Positions 37,390-45,882 of a stretch of DNA of 64,000 nt are shown here, piece by piece. The first letter of the stretch is position 1. Each line of letters starts with the position of its first letter. The notes under the pieces were generated by a model. The model was not told the origin of the DNA. It saw nothing but the letters and a program-made list of their open reading frames with translations, and ran no database searches. The DNA lies in NCBI GenBank assembly GCA_903922175.1, contig CAIXSY010000024.1, positions 634-64,633 of the forward strand, given 5' to 3'. A program made the translations under genes and the position numbers. Origin of the DNA: an uncultured delta proteobacterium (GTDB lineage: Bacteria > Bdellovibrionota_C > UBA2361 > CAIXSY01).

Positions 37390-38799
37390 ATGAATCAGAA
37401 ACCATGTGTGCAATACGCTGCGGCGGGGATAACGCTAGTCTTTATGGCAGGGGCAGTGCTCCGCATCCTCTCAGGAGTCCTGAGCGAGTTTTCAATTGAT
37501 GAAGTTTGGTCACTCTATTTTGCCGAGCACTCCAAATCGATTTTGGAGATACTTTTTTTTACCAAGCATGATAACAATCATCCGCTTAACACCATTCTCC
37601 TCCGCTATCTGAGTATTTGGAACAGCCCGCTGCTCTATCGTTTACCCGCGCTTCTCACTGGCCTACTTGTACCGGCTGCGGGATGGTATCTGGCGAAAGG
37701 GTGCCGTACCGCTGCGCGCACGTTGTTTGCTCTTTTTCTGGCAAGCTCTTTCCTTCTTATCTTCTACAGCAGCGAAGCACGCGGGTATTCACTCATGCTT
37801 TTTTTTGGACTTCTTGCCCTTATTTGTTTGCGGGACTATGCGGACTCCCCCAAAGCTAGGAAGGCCTTGCTCTATGCGCTCTGCACGGTTCTGGCAGTAT
37901 TATCACACTTTTCATACCTCCGCTTTTTCTTCAGTAGCGTGTTGCTGTCATTTGTTTGTCTAAACCACGTGCCGATAGGGGATCGCGTGCGGCGATTGGC
38001 TGGAATTCATGCGCTTCCTGCGCTGTTGCTTGCGCTGATATATTTTTTTTCTGTGCGTGGGATGTATGTGGCTGGTGGTCAGTTCGGAAGTAGCGGCGAG
38101 GTGCTGCTTAATACCCTCGCCCTTGTCTTGGGTGGTACGCCATTGGAGATCGCCTGCACGAGCTTGCAGACACGTGCCAATAGTGTGTTGGCCATAGTCG
38201 CTATAGCTACGGCACTTGCAGGAACCTATGTTTTGGCACGCGGGCAGCGCAGTGTTCTTTTGGCGATTCTCGTCGCTCTGTTCGTTGTGCCGGTTACCTC
38301 CGGTCTTTTGATTGAGGATCTGGCGCTCTTCCCGCGCTACTTCCTGCCGGAGGTTGTCTTGCTCTATTTCGTGGTCGCGGCGCTGTGTGCTGAGTTGTGG
38401 AGTTCGAAGTCGCTGGGTAAAATTCTTGCGGGTATCGTTGCTAGTGTGATTGTATTCCTAAACTTCTCCCAAGGTATTCGGTTCGTCGAATATGGACGTG
38501 GTGGGGTTTTAACGGCGCTGCGCACTATTGCGGAAGCGCCTCAAGACTCTCCCCAGCGCGTGGCGGCACTTGACAATGGGCGTCTTGGCTGGTTGGTCGA
38601 CTATTACCTGGTGCATGCAAAATTGCCAGGCGTTCTGCGAAATGAGAACGAGCCGATGTGGATTCTCGGCACATCAAGAAGCTCCTGTCCTTCGCCGATT
38701 ACGCAGCTGCGACACCACTCAGAGAACTATGTACTTGTAACGTCCATTCCCTTCTGGGGGCTGTCTGGAGAGGAGACAATGCTCTACCGACGTGAGTGA
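37390..38799 (+). CDS. GT-C-fold membrane glycosyltransferase (GT39/PMT_2-like), intact copy of a duplicated gene
   Basis: 469 aa. The first-loop motif is EFSIDEVWSLYFAE. Its last ~320 codons are repeated at 39830..40793. Confidence 0.65.
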   Translation: MNQKPCVQYAAAGITLVFMAGAVLRILSGVLSEFSIDEVWSLYFAEHSKSILEILFFTKHDNNHPLNTILLRYLSIWNSPLLYRLPALLTGLLVPAAGWYLAKGCRTAARTLFALFLASSFLLIFYSSEARGYSLMLFFGLLALICLRDYADSPKARKALLYALCTVLAVLSHFSYLRFFFSSVLLSFVCLNHVPIGDRVRRLAGIHALPALLLALIYFFSVRGMYVAGGQFGSSGEVLLNTLALVLGGTPLEIACTSLQTRANSVLAIVAIATALAGTYVLARGQRSVLLAILVALFVVPVTSGLLIEDLALFPRYFLPEVVLLYFVVAALCAELWSSKSLGKILAGIVASVIVFLNFSQGIRFVEYGRGGVLTALRTIAEAPQDSPQRVAALDNGRLGWLVDYYLVHAKLPGVLRNENEPMWILGTSRSSCPSPITQLRHHSENYVLVTSIPFWGLSGEETMLYRRE

Positions 38800-38910
38800 T
38801 GAAAATATAGTCCTTCATTTGTACTCACAGGCTTGTTTTAGCTGCCGGTAAGTTGGTATGTTCATAGTAGATAAATTGATCCTGTATACCGCAAACTAGT
38901 GGAGGCGCAA

Positions 38911-39087
38911 ATGAGTGAAATCAAAGAGATTATTAAAAAAGATCACTCTCAGGAAGAGGAGAAAGCGGCAACCTTAGTCGAATATGCCTTACTTGTTGCC
39001 TTGATTGCTGTTGTTTGCATCGTTTCGGTTCGCATAATAGGCCAGAAAACCTCACAGAAATTTTCAATGTTGGCGAGCTCTCTTTAG
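38911..39087 (+). CDS. flp: Flp/Fap-family type IVb pilin prepeptide
   Basis: 58 aa from ATG 38911, with GGAGG 5 nt upstream. A charged leader is followed by ATLVEYALLVALIAVVCIVSV....TSQKFSMLASSL, matching the Flp motif (xEY + hydrophobic helix + S/T-rich tail). Confidence 0.7.
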   Translation: MSEIKEIIKKDHSQEEEKAATLVEYALLVALIAVVCIVSVRIIGQKTSQKFSMLASSL

Positions 39088-39319
39088 CCTGCGGCGATTG
39101 ACTCAGAGGGCTCGTAATCGCAAACAAGCTCTCAGCATTGTAATTCCTGCTCTTGTGGCATCCACATATCCACGCGATGTGCCTGATTGGGGCGCTCTTG
39201 TCTGATGGCTCATCTATTCCCCTACAGGTCGACCCAGAGAAGCTCTGTCGGCAGTTCCCGCAGAGAGTTCTCGCAGCGCTTGTGGAAAAATAGCCGGAAG
39301 GCATGCGCCCCAATACTGT

Positions 39320-39793
39320 TCAGGCTTCGAATCGGCACAAAATCTTACTTCGAATGAGGACATACAGCATGGCAAGAAAGATGATGCCGCAGACGACAAA
39401 ACTCCAGCCGGGGACGAAGAAATGATAGGCTAAGGCTAGCGGGATCGTTGCCTGTAACGCGAGGAGAGTGATTAGTGGTCCGCTCCAAATTGATCTCTGC
39501 GAGCGCAAGGCCTGCGCGCTATAGCCACATAGGTATAGGAAGGGGAGACATAACAGGTAGTCGTGCCCCCAGGTGAATGGCGATAAGGTGCAGGCAATCG
39601 GAAGCAGGCATAGGCTGACGACGGTCGGAGGCCATTGCCGTTTCTTGGTCCCTAGCCAGATAGCGCATACGAGGATGGCAATAAAGGGGAGGAATCGCAG
39701 CAGTCCCGCGTCATCGGGGCTAACTGCAGCTAAGACTGAGGGGATACTGGCATTGGTCATGAAGGTTGGAGGAGCGCTGCGGTAAAGCACCAC
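39320..39793 (-). pseudogene. 3' fragment of a GT87/DUF2029-like glycosyltransferase paralogue
   Basis: PFTWGHDYLLCLPFL and FFVPGWSFVV align with PNAWGHDFILLAP and FWVPGYSFAL at the C terminus of 44604..45860. Only ~150 aa are present, versus 360-420 in the intact paralogues. Confidence 0.5.
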
Positions 39794-39829
39794 GAACTCC
39801 TCAACTATGCGCGGTCTTAATCCGACGGC

Positions 39830-40793
39830 ATTATGCGGCTGCCCCTGGAGCTAGGAAGGCCTTCCTCTATGCGCTCTGTACGGTGCGGCAGTATTATCAC
39901 ACTATTCATATCTCCGCTTTTTCTTCAGTAGCGTGTTGCTGTCATTCGTTTGCCTAAACCACGTACCGATAGGGAATCGCGTGCGGCGACTAGTTGGGAG
40001 GCCTGCGCTTCCTGCGCTGCTGCTTACGTTGATCTATTTTCTTTCCGTGCGCGGGATGTATGTAGCTGGTGGTCAGTTCGGAAGTAGCGGCGAGGTGCTG
40101 CTTAATACCCTCGCCCTCGTCTTGGGTGGTACGCCATTGGGGCTCGCCTGCACGAGCTTGCAGGCACGTGCCAATAGTATGTTGGCCATAGTCGCCATAG
40201 GTACGGCACTTGCAGGAACCTATGTTTTGACACGCGGACAACGCAGTGTTCCTTTAGATCTTCTCGTCACTCTGTTCGTCGTGCCGGTTGCCTCCGGTCT
40301 TTTGATTGAGAATCTTGCGATCTTCCCTCGCTACTTCCTGCCGGAGGTTGTTTTGCTCTATTTCGTGGCAGCGACGCTTTGCGCTGAGCTATGGTCCTCG
40401 ACGGCGCTTGGTCGGTTGCTGGCAGGCCTCCTCGTTAGTGTCCTCATCTTCTTTAACCTTGTGCAAGGTGCTAATTTTCTTGTCGATGGACGTGGTGGAG
40501 TTTTAGCGGCGCTGCGCACGGTTGCAAGAGCATCGCAGGAGATCCCCACGCAGGTGGGGGTTCTTGATAGTGAGAGCCTAAGCTGGCTGGTCAACTATTA
40601 TCTGGCGCATGCCCTCATAGAGCAGGTTAAGCGAGATGACCGAGATCCAACTTGGCTGCTGACGGCATCTCGCAGTCCTTATCTGGCGCCAGGCTCGGTT
40701 TTGCAGAGCGGACCTCGGCTCTATGTTCTTAATGCCATGTTCTCCTTCGGCGGGTTGTCGGGAGAGCAGGTAAGGCTCTACCGGCGTAAATGA
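39830..40793 (+). pseudogene. 5'-truncated, frameshifted duplicate of the GT39-like gene 37390..38799
   Basis: ARKAFLYALCTV (track ORF 39766..39957) and then VLSHYSYLRFFFSSVLLSFVCLNHVPIGN (another frame, ORF 39933..40793) follow copy 1 (ARKALLYALCTVLAVLSHFSYLRFFFSSVLLSFVCLNHVPIGD). A 1-nt deletion is seen (GTTCTGGCA versus GTGCGGCA). The first ~150 codons, including the acidic loop motif, are absent. Confidence 0.7.
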
Positions 40794-40955
40794 CGGCTGT
40801 CGTATTCGCCGTCTAGGGAAAGGGAGAACGAGAGGGCTCGGAGCCTGCCCTGCGAGTGGTGTAATCTTTCCTATTGAGAGGATTTGAAGTAAGGTGCAGA
40901 CCAGGTGCGACCTATGATACAAAGTTTTTCAGCACCTATCGAGAAACAAGAGTAA

Positions 40956-42005
40956 GTGTTGTCGTCTATGGATAGTGCAGATTCATCTCTACTTAACGCT
41001 AAGCGCGTTCTGATTACGGGCGGAACTGGATCGTTTGGACATTTCATGGTCCAGCGTTTGCTGACGACCAGTATAGCGGAAGTCCGCGTCTTTAGCCGAG
41101 ATGAGAAAAAGCAGTTCGACATGCGCAAGCAATTCGCCGCTTCACCCCAGGTTACCTTTATGATTGGCGATGTCCGGGATGCTGCTCAACTTGACCGAGC
41201 TTGTAGTGGTATTGACATGGTTTTTCATGCAGCAGCCTTGAAGCAAGTTCCCAGCTGCGAGCTCTTCCCCGGCGAGGCTCTGAAGACGAACCTGATCGGA
41301 GCGCAGAATTTGATTGGTGCAGCCATCGCCAATAACGTTGAGCGGGTAGTCGCCGTTAGTACCGATAAGGCTGTGAAGCCGGTGAATGTCATGGGGATGA
41401 CCAAAGCCATCCAAGAGCGTTTAATTATCAATGCCAACCAGCTTTCCCATAATCAGAAGACCCGCTTTTGCTGTGTGCGCTATGGCAACGTCATGAACTC
41501 TCGCGGTTCGGTGCTTCCGCTTTTTCGTCGTTTGTTGCGAGATGGAAAGCCTTTGACCGTGACACACCCAGAGATGACTCGTTTTATGCTTACCTTTGGG
41601 GATGCAATAGATCTCGTTATCTATGCGCTTGTGCATATGCGCGGCGGCGAACTCTTCGTGAAAAAAGCGCCAGCCGCCTACATGGTTGATGTTGCCGCTG
41701 TGTTTGCCGAGATGCATGGGGCACCGGCACAGCCGATTTCGTTTATTGGGCAGTTCGCTGGTGAGAAACTCCATGAAATATTGTTATCCGATGAAGAGCT
41801 TATTCGGAGTAAGGATTGTGGCGACTACTTCGTGGTCGCGCCATGGTCAATGCCGCCGCATAGCGAGTCCCTCGGTGGTGTAAATAAAGAGTATGGCTCG
41901 CGCGATAATATCGTAGGACGTGAGGTGCTGCGGGGGCTCCTTGAGCGATCCGATCGGGAGGTGCGCACCATGCAGTATGAAGATAGTTATTTTGTTGTCT
42001 CATGA
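40956..42005 (+). CDS. UDP-N-acetylglucosamine 4,6-dehydratase-type SDR (PseB/FlaA1/PglF-like)
   Basis: 349 aa. Blocks are VLITGGTGSFGH, VFSRDEKKQ, FHAAALKQVPSCE and STDKAVKPVNVMGMTKA. The start is GTG 40956 or ATG 40968. Confidence 0.85.
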   Translation: MLSSMDSADSSLLNAKRVLITGGTGSFGHFMVQRLLTTSIAEVRVFSRDEKKQFDMRKQFAASPQVTFMIGDVRDAAQLDRACSGIDMVFHAAALKQVPSCELFPGEALKTNLIGAQNLIGAAIANNVERVVAVSTDKAVKPVNVMGMTKAIQERLIINANQLSHNQKTRFCCVRYGNVMNSRGSVLPLFRRLLRDGKPLTVTHPEMTRFMLTFGDAIDLVIYALVHMRGGELFVKKAPAAYMVDVAAVFAEMHGAPAQPISFIGQFAGEKLHEILLSDEELIRSKDCGDYFVVAPWSMPPHSESLGGVNKEYGSRDNIVGREVLRGLLERSDREVRTMQYEDSYFVVS

Positions 42006-42628
42006 TTGATTTTATTATAATGGGGGCGGGCGGGGCGGGGCGTACCGTTCTTGGCACCTGTGCGGATATATCTTCACGTGTAGGCTTTCTTGATGATAAT
42101 TGTGCAGCCACGGTGGTAAACGGCGCCCCGGTTCTTGGAACCACCAACGAGCGAGGCCGTTTGCGAGGTTGCAAATATATCATCGCTTTCGGTAGCCGCT
42201 TCCAGCGTGAACGCAGTAGCGTCTTTGCGACGATGCAGGCAGAAGGATATACTTTTTTTAACGCAATCAATTCACAGGCCTATGTCGATCGCTTCGCCGT
42301 GGTTGGGCAGGGTGTCTTCGTTGGCGCGCAATCAGCGATATTACCGAATGCCAATGTCGGCAATAACTGCTACATCTGTGTAGGTTGTAGCGTCGATCAT
42401 GATTGCGTTGTGGAATGCGGTACCTATCTTGCTCCGGGCGTACATCTTGCTGGTGGAGTTCATGTCGGGGAGAGCGTTTTTATTGGAATAGGGGCCGTGG
42501 TCCTTCCTTTGGTGCGGGTTGGCGCAGGTGCTGTTATTGGTGCCGGAGCCGTCGTTATGCACGATGTCGTACCCGGAGCCGTAGTCGCTGGGGTGCCGGC
42601 GCGAACTTTGCATAAGAAGGAGAGCTGA
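42002..42628 (+). CDS. NeuD/PglD-family hexapeptide-repeat sugar N-acetyltransferase
   Basis: 208 aa. The N-terminal Rossmann-like segment IIMGAGGAGR is followed by left-handed beta-helix repeats (VGNNCYICVGCSVDHDCVVECGTYLAPGVHLAGGVHVGESVFIGIGAVV). It shares an ATGA overlap with the dehydratase gene. Confidence 0.85.
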   Translation: MIDFIIMGAGGAGRTVLGTCADISSRVGFLDDNCAATVVNGAPVLGTTNERGRLRGCKYIIAFGSRFQRERSSVFATMQAEGYTFFNAINSQAYVDRFAVVGQGVFVGAQSAILPNANVGNNCYICVGCSVDHDCVVECGTYLAPGVHLAGGVHVGESVFIGIGAVVLPLVRVGAGAVIGAGAVVMHDVVPGAVVAGVPARTLHKKES

Positions 42629-42632
42629 GCGA

Positions 42633-43754
42633 ATGGATACAATCCCAATTATGCGACCGTGGCTGCCAAGTTTTGAGACACTTGCCCCGATGCTGCGGGA
42701 GGTGGTTGAAAATGGGTTGATAACGAACGGCAAGTACGTTCGGCTCTTCGAAGAGCGTGTGGCAGCATACCTTGGTGTGCGCAACTGTGTTGCGGTGAGC
42801 AGTGGAACACTGGCACTGACCATCGCCATGGGCATGCTGGAGCTTACGGGTGAAGTTATCATGCCCAGCTTCACGTTTACGGCGACGGCACATGCGGCCA
42901 TCTGGAATAAACTTGATGTTGTCCTCGTTGATATAGACCCTGAAACGTTTAACATCAATCCAGACTTAATTGAGAAGCTCATCTCTCCCCGCACCAGTGC
43001 CCTCGTTGCCGTGCATATGTTTGGGAATCCATGTGATGTCGACCGCCTGGCTGAGATCGCGAACAAGCATAAGCTGCGTTTAATTTACGATTCGGCTCAT
43101 GCGCTGGGCAGTCATTACCGGGCCAAGCCTCTAGCAGGTTTTGGCAATGTTGAGATATTCAGCTTGAGCCCGACGAAGATAGTGACAAGCGCGGAAGGGG
43201 GCCTTATTGCAACGAATGACGACGCGCTCGCCGAACGTTGTCGACTCGCTCGTAACCAGGGGGTGCATGCAGATTACGACTGTAGTCTTCTTGGTACGAA
43301 TGCCCGCATGTCCGAGCTGCATGGTATTCTCGGTCTTGGCAGCATGGATATTATTGATGCCGCCGTGGAGAAGAAAAATGTATTGGTGGGCTACTACAGG
43401 AAGCAACTTGAGGCTCATCCCGGAATAAGGCTACAGCGCCTATTAGATTCAACGGTTCGGTCTACCTATAAGGATTTTAATATTATTATTGACGCGAACA
43501 TATTCGGGATGAATCGCGATGGGGTAGCGCAGGTCTTGGCCGCACGTGGCATTGCTACAAAAAAGTATTATTCCCCGCCCGTTCATCGACAGAGCTTCTA
43601 CCGCACGCGGACGCAATGCTATGATGTCGCTCTCCCCGTGACGGACTTTGTATCTTCGAATACCCTTACCTTGCCGCTATTTCCGGAGATGACCTTCGCT
43701 GAGGTTGACCGGGTATGCCAAGCTGTGGCTGCCGCAGGTGAACATGTCGGATAG
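42633..43754 (+). CDS. DegT/DnrJ/EryC1/StrS-family PLP-dependent sugar aminotransferase (PglE/PseC/ArnB-like)
   Basis: 373 aa. Blocks are SGTLALTIA, YDSAHALG and the PLP-lysine block FSLSPTKIVTSAEGG. Confidence 0.9.
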   Translation: MDTIPIMRPWLPSFETLAPMLREVVENGLITNGKYVRLFEERVAAYLGVRNCVAVSSGTLALTIAMGMLELTGEVIMPSFTFTATAHAAIWNKLDVVLVDIDPETFNINPDLIEKLISPRTSALVAVHMFGNPCDVDRLAEIANKHKLRLIYDSAHALGSHYRAKPLAGFGNVEIFSLSPTKIVTSAEGGLIATNDDALAERCRLARNQGVHADYDCSLLGTNARMSELHGILGLGSMDIIDAAVEKKNVLVGYYRKQLEAHPGIRLQRLLDSTVRSTYKDFNIIIDANIFGMNRDGVAQVLAARGIATKKYYSPPVHRQSFYRTRTQCYDVALPVTDFVSSNTLTLPLFPEMTFAEVDRVCQAVAAAGEHVG

Positions 43755-43768
43755 TTGGAGAGGATTGC

Positions 43769-44587
43769 ATGGGTGTTTCTAAGTGGCTCTCTGCGCTGCG
43801 TCGGCCAGGTAATGTTTCAATAGCGCTTTTACCAGCGTACAATGAGGCTAAAAGTATAGCTTCGGTGTTGGATCGTGTGGCGCCACATGTTGACGCTATT
43901 CTTGTCGTTGATGATTGTTCTACGGATGAGACGGTGAACGTTGTACGTCAGTGGGGGCAGCAGCACGAAGGAGCATATCTTGTAGCGCTGCCGCACAATG
44001 TCGGGGCGTCGGGTGCCCTGCGCGCTGGGTATGTCTTGGTGAGCTATCTGCTGCGCATTGGAGTTCTTGCTCCCGACGATGTAATTGTGGAGCTCGATTC
44101 CGATGGGCAGCATGATCCCATCTATATTCCACAGCTGCTTCAATTCTTCCGAGAGGCAAAGCCGTTTGACGTGGTGTTGACGCGACGCGATTTTTCGGTG
44201 TATCCGGCTTACAAGCGCATCGGGAATTGTGGGCTTTCGTTGATTGCTTCGATATTTAGTGACTATTGGTATCGCGATGTGGAATCAAACTTTCGCGCAT
44301 CACGAGTACGAGTGTTTCCGGAACTTCTAAAATATTTCTCCGGATATCGTTATAGTGGCGCTTTTGAAGTCGGAATTATTCATGCGCTGTGTAAGCAGCG
44401 TATTCACAATGAGATGAGCGTTAACGTACCTTTTTATAGGCCAGGCGCAAGCGCGATAGATGGCTTGCATGTGTTGATGTTTGGACTTATTGCAATGCTG
44501 AGAGTTCGGCTGGGCATCGGCAGAGCCGACTTCCAGTCAGAGGAAGAACTGGTATTGAAGTACAGCGAGAGTATCGGGCCCGGATAG
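43769..44587 (+). CDS. GT2 glycosyltransferase of the polyprenyl-phosphate sugar synthase type (DPM1/GtrB/ArnC-like)
   Basis: 272 aa. Blocks are LPAYNEAKSI, VVDDCSTDET, LDSDGQHDP (compare MDADLQHPP in GtrB/ArnC) and a C-terminal hydrophobic segment LHVLMFGLIAML. Confidence 0.8.
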   Translation: MGVSKWLSALRRPGNVSIALLPAYNEAKSIASVLDRVAPHVDAILVVDDCSTDETVNVVRQWGQQHEGAYLVALPHNVGASGALRAGYVLVSYLLRIGVLAPDDVIVELDSDGQHDPIYIPQLLQFFREAKPFDVVLTRRDFSVYPAYKRIGNCGLSLIASIFSDYWYRDVESNFRASRVRVFPELLKYFSGYRYSGAFEVGIIHALCKQRIHNEMSVNVPFYRPGASAIDGLHVLMFGLIAMLRVRLGIGRADFQSEEELVLKYSESIGPG

Positions 44588-44603
44588 GTCGTCGCCCTGA
44601 TCG

Positions 44604-45860
44604 TCATTCGAGAGTTGTCGATTCTGATCTCTTGATGAGCTGCAAGGCATCTATGGAGACGATTTCCCTCAGTGGTTTTATAAGTGCAAGGCCCACGAGT
44701 ACTGGATAGAGGGCGAATGAATATCCCGGCACCCAGAAGCGTACTGCCAACAAGAGCACATAGCATTGGGCAAGCGAGAGGATAAGAAGGCTTGGCAGAT
44801 ACTGAGTTAGCGTCTTTTTATTCATCCATGCATATGAAGTAAGCCATGCACATGCGGGCGCGAGGAGGATGAAATCGTGTCCCCAAGCGTTGGGCGCAAA
44901 GGCGAGTGCCCAGGGTGAGAACAGGGCGAGCGCGGTGCCTATTCTGCGCACTCGCCACCCGACGCATGCGCCGACAACACATAACAGTAACTGAGGTGCG
45001 AGTAAAAGATAGAAGGGAATATGCCGAGGGAAGAGTCCGTGGACCAGACTTGGTAGTGATGCGCTCGTGATGACCATAGAACCACTCGCTTTCCAGTCGG
45101 CCAAAAAATGGGCGCCAATCTGCGGATCGAGGTACAAGGAGAGCAGCCCACACGCCAGAGTGACGAAAAAGGTAGTCGCGATGAGCGTCCAGTGACGTTG
45201 GTGGAGGGACCACATAACGACAATCGCCACAAGCGGTGCAGTAACGTGAGGTTTGAGGCAGAGAAAGAAGAGCGCTACGCCGGGCAGCACTCCTCCCTTT
45301 GTAGGACCGCAATGGTCAATCAAGATGGCCAGCGCAATCCACATAATCCATGAAGGCGACCCCCAATTGACGCCATGGATCAGCGTTCCAAAGGGCACGA
45401 TCAGCATCGCTACCCAGCCAGCAGAAAAAAGCGAGCCCACGTTGCCAAGTGCCTGTTGGCGAGATCGGATTGTGAGCCATAGGGCAGTTATAGTGCCCAT
45501 AAATTCTGTTAGGAGGAATATTGACTTGGCCGTGGGCAGGGTGAAGAGGCTAAAAATAAGAAAGGGCGTCAACATTGGTGGAAGCCAGAGGAGGCTGAGG
45601 CTAGGACCATTTGGAGACGGTCCCCGTGCAGGGAGGGCGTGTTCCACGAATGCGGTGCTGTCGGGCAGCGCATAGGGGTTCTGACCGCTGCGAAGCAGGT
45701 GTGCTGCTTTCCATAAGCGTGTGAAATCAAAGAGTGACTGATCGGGAAGTAGATACCAGAGGAGGAGGGTGATAATGCTTATCGCCATCCATATGCATGG
45801 ATGAGAAGCGGACAGCTTGACGCATTTTTCCTGTGATTGGGTTGTTTGACTTAAGTTCAT
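44604..45860 (-). CDS. GT87/DUF2029-like GT-C membrane glycosyltransferase
   Basis: I prefer the ATG at 45860, because the track start 45950 overlaps the upstream gene by 68 nt. The first loop is LFDFTRLWKAAHLLRSGQNPY. Polytopic. Confidence 0.65.
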   Translation of the reverse strand: MNLSQTTQSQEKCVKLSASHPCIWMAISIITLLLWYLLPDQSLFDFTRLWKAAHLLRSGQNPYALPDSTAFVEHALPARGPSPNGPSLSLLWLPPMLTPFLIFSLFTLPTAKSIFLLTEFMGTITALWLTIRSRQQALGNVGSLFSAGWVAMLIVPFGTLIHGVNWGSPSWIMWIALAILIDHCGPTKGGVLPGVALFFLCLKPHVTAPLVAIVVMWSLHQRHWTLIATTFFVTLACGLLSLYLDPQIGAHFLADWKASGSMVITSASLPSLVHGLFPRHIPFYLLLAPQLLLCVVGACVGWRVRRIGTALALFSPWALAFAPNAWGHDFILLAPACAWLTSYAWMNKKTLTQYLPSLLILSLAQCYVLLLAVRFWVPGYSFALYPVLVGLALIKPLREIVSIDALQLIKRSESTTLE

Positions 45861-45882
45861 TAGTGCCCGTGGTCTCAGTGCC

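Noticed and set aside
38899-38910. The GTG at 38899 as the flp start, as in the ORF track.
   Set aside because: The GGAGG at 38901-38905 is positioned to serve the ATG at 38911, which gives a more typical Flp leader length. The GTG start would place the Shine-Dalgarno sequence inside the ORF.
42341-43066. Long antisense or out-of-frame ORFs inside well-supported genes. Examples are 42341..43066, 25023..25535, 9300..10031, 32498..33058, 33383..33814, 33977..34405, 41800..42270, 44818..45312, 47370..47822, 48108..48527, 61562..62038, and the internal ORFs of the SNF2 gene.
   Set aside because: Each lies entirely within a gene that has clear family motifs on the other strand or in another frame. 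Their products are Arg/Ser/Pro-rich or low-complexity with no recognisable motifs. They are shadow ORFs.
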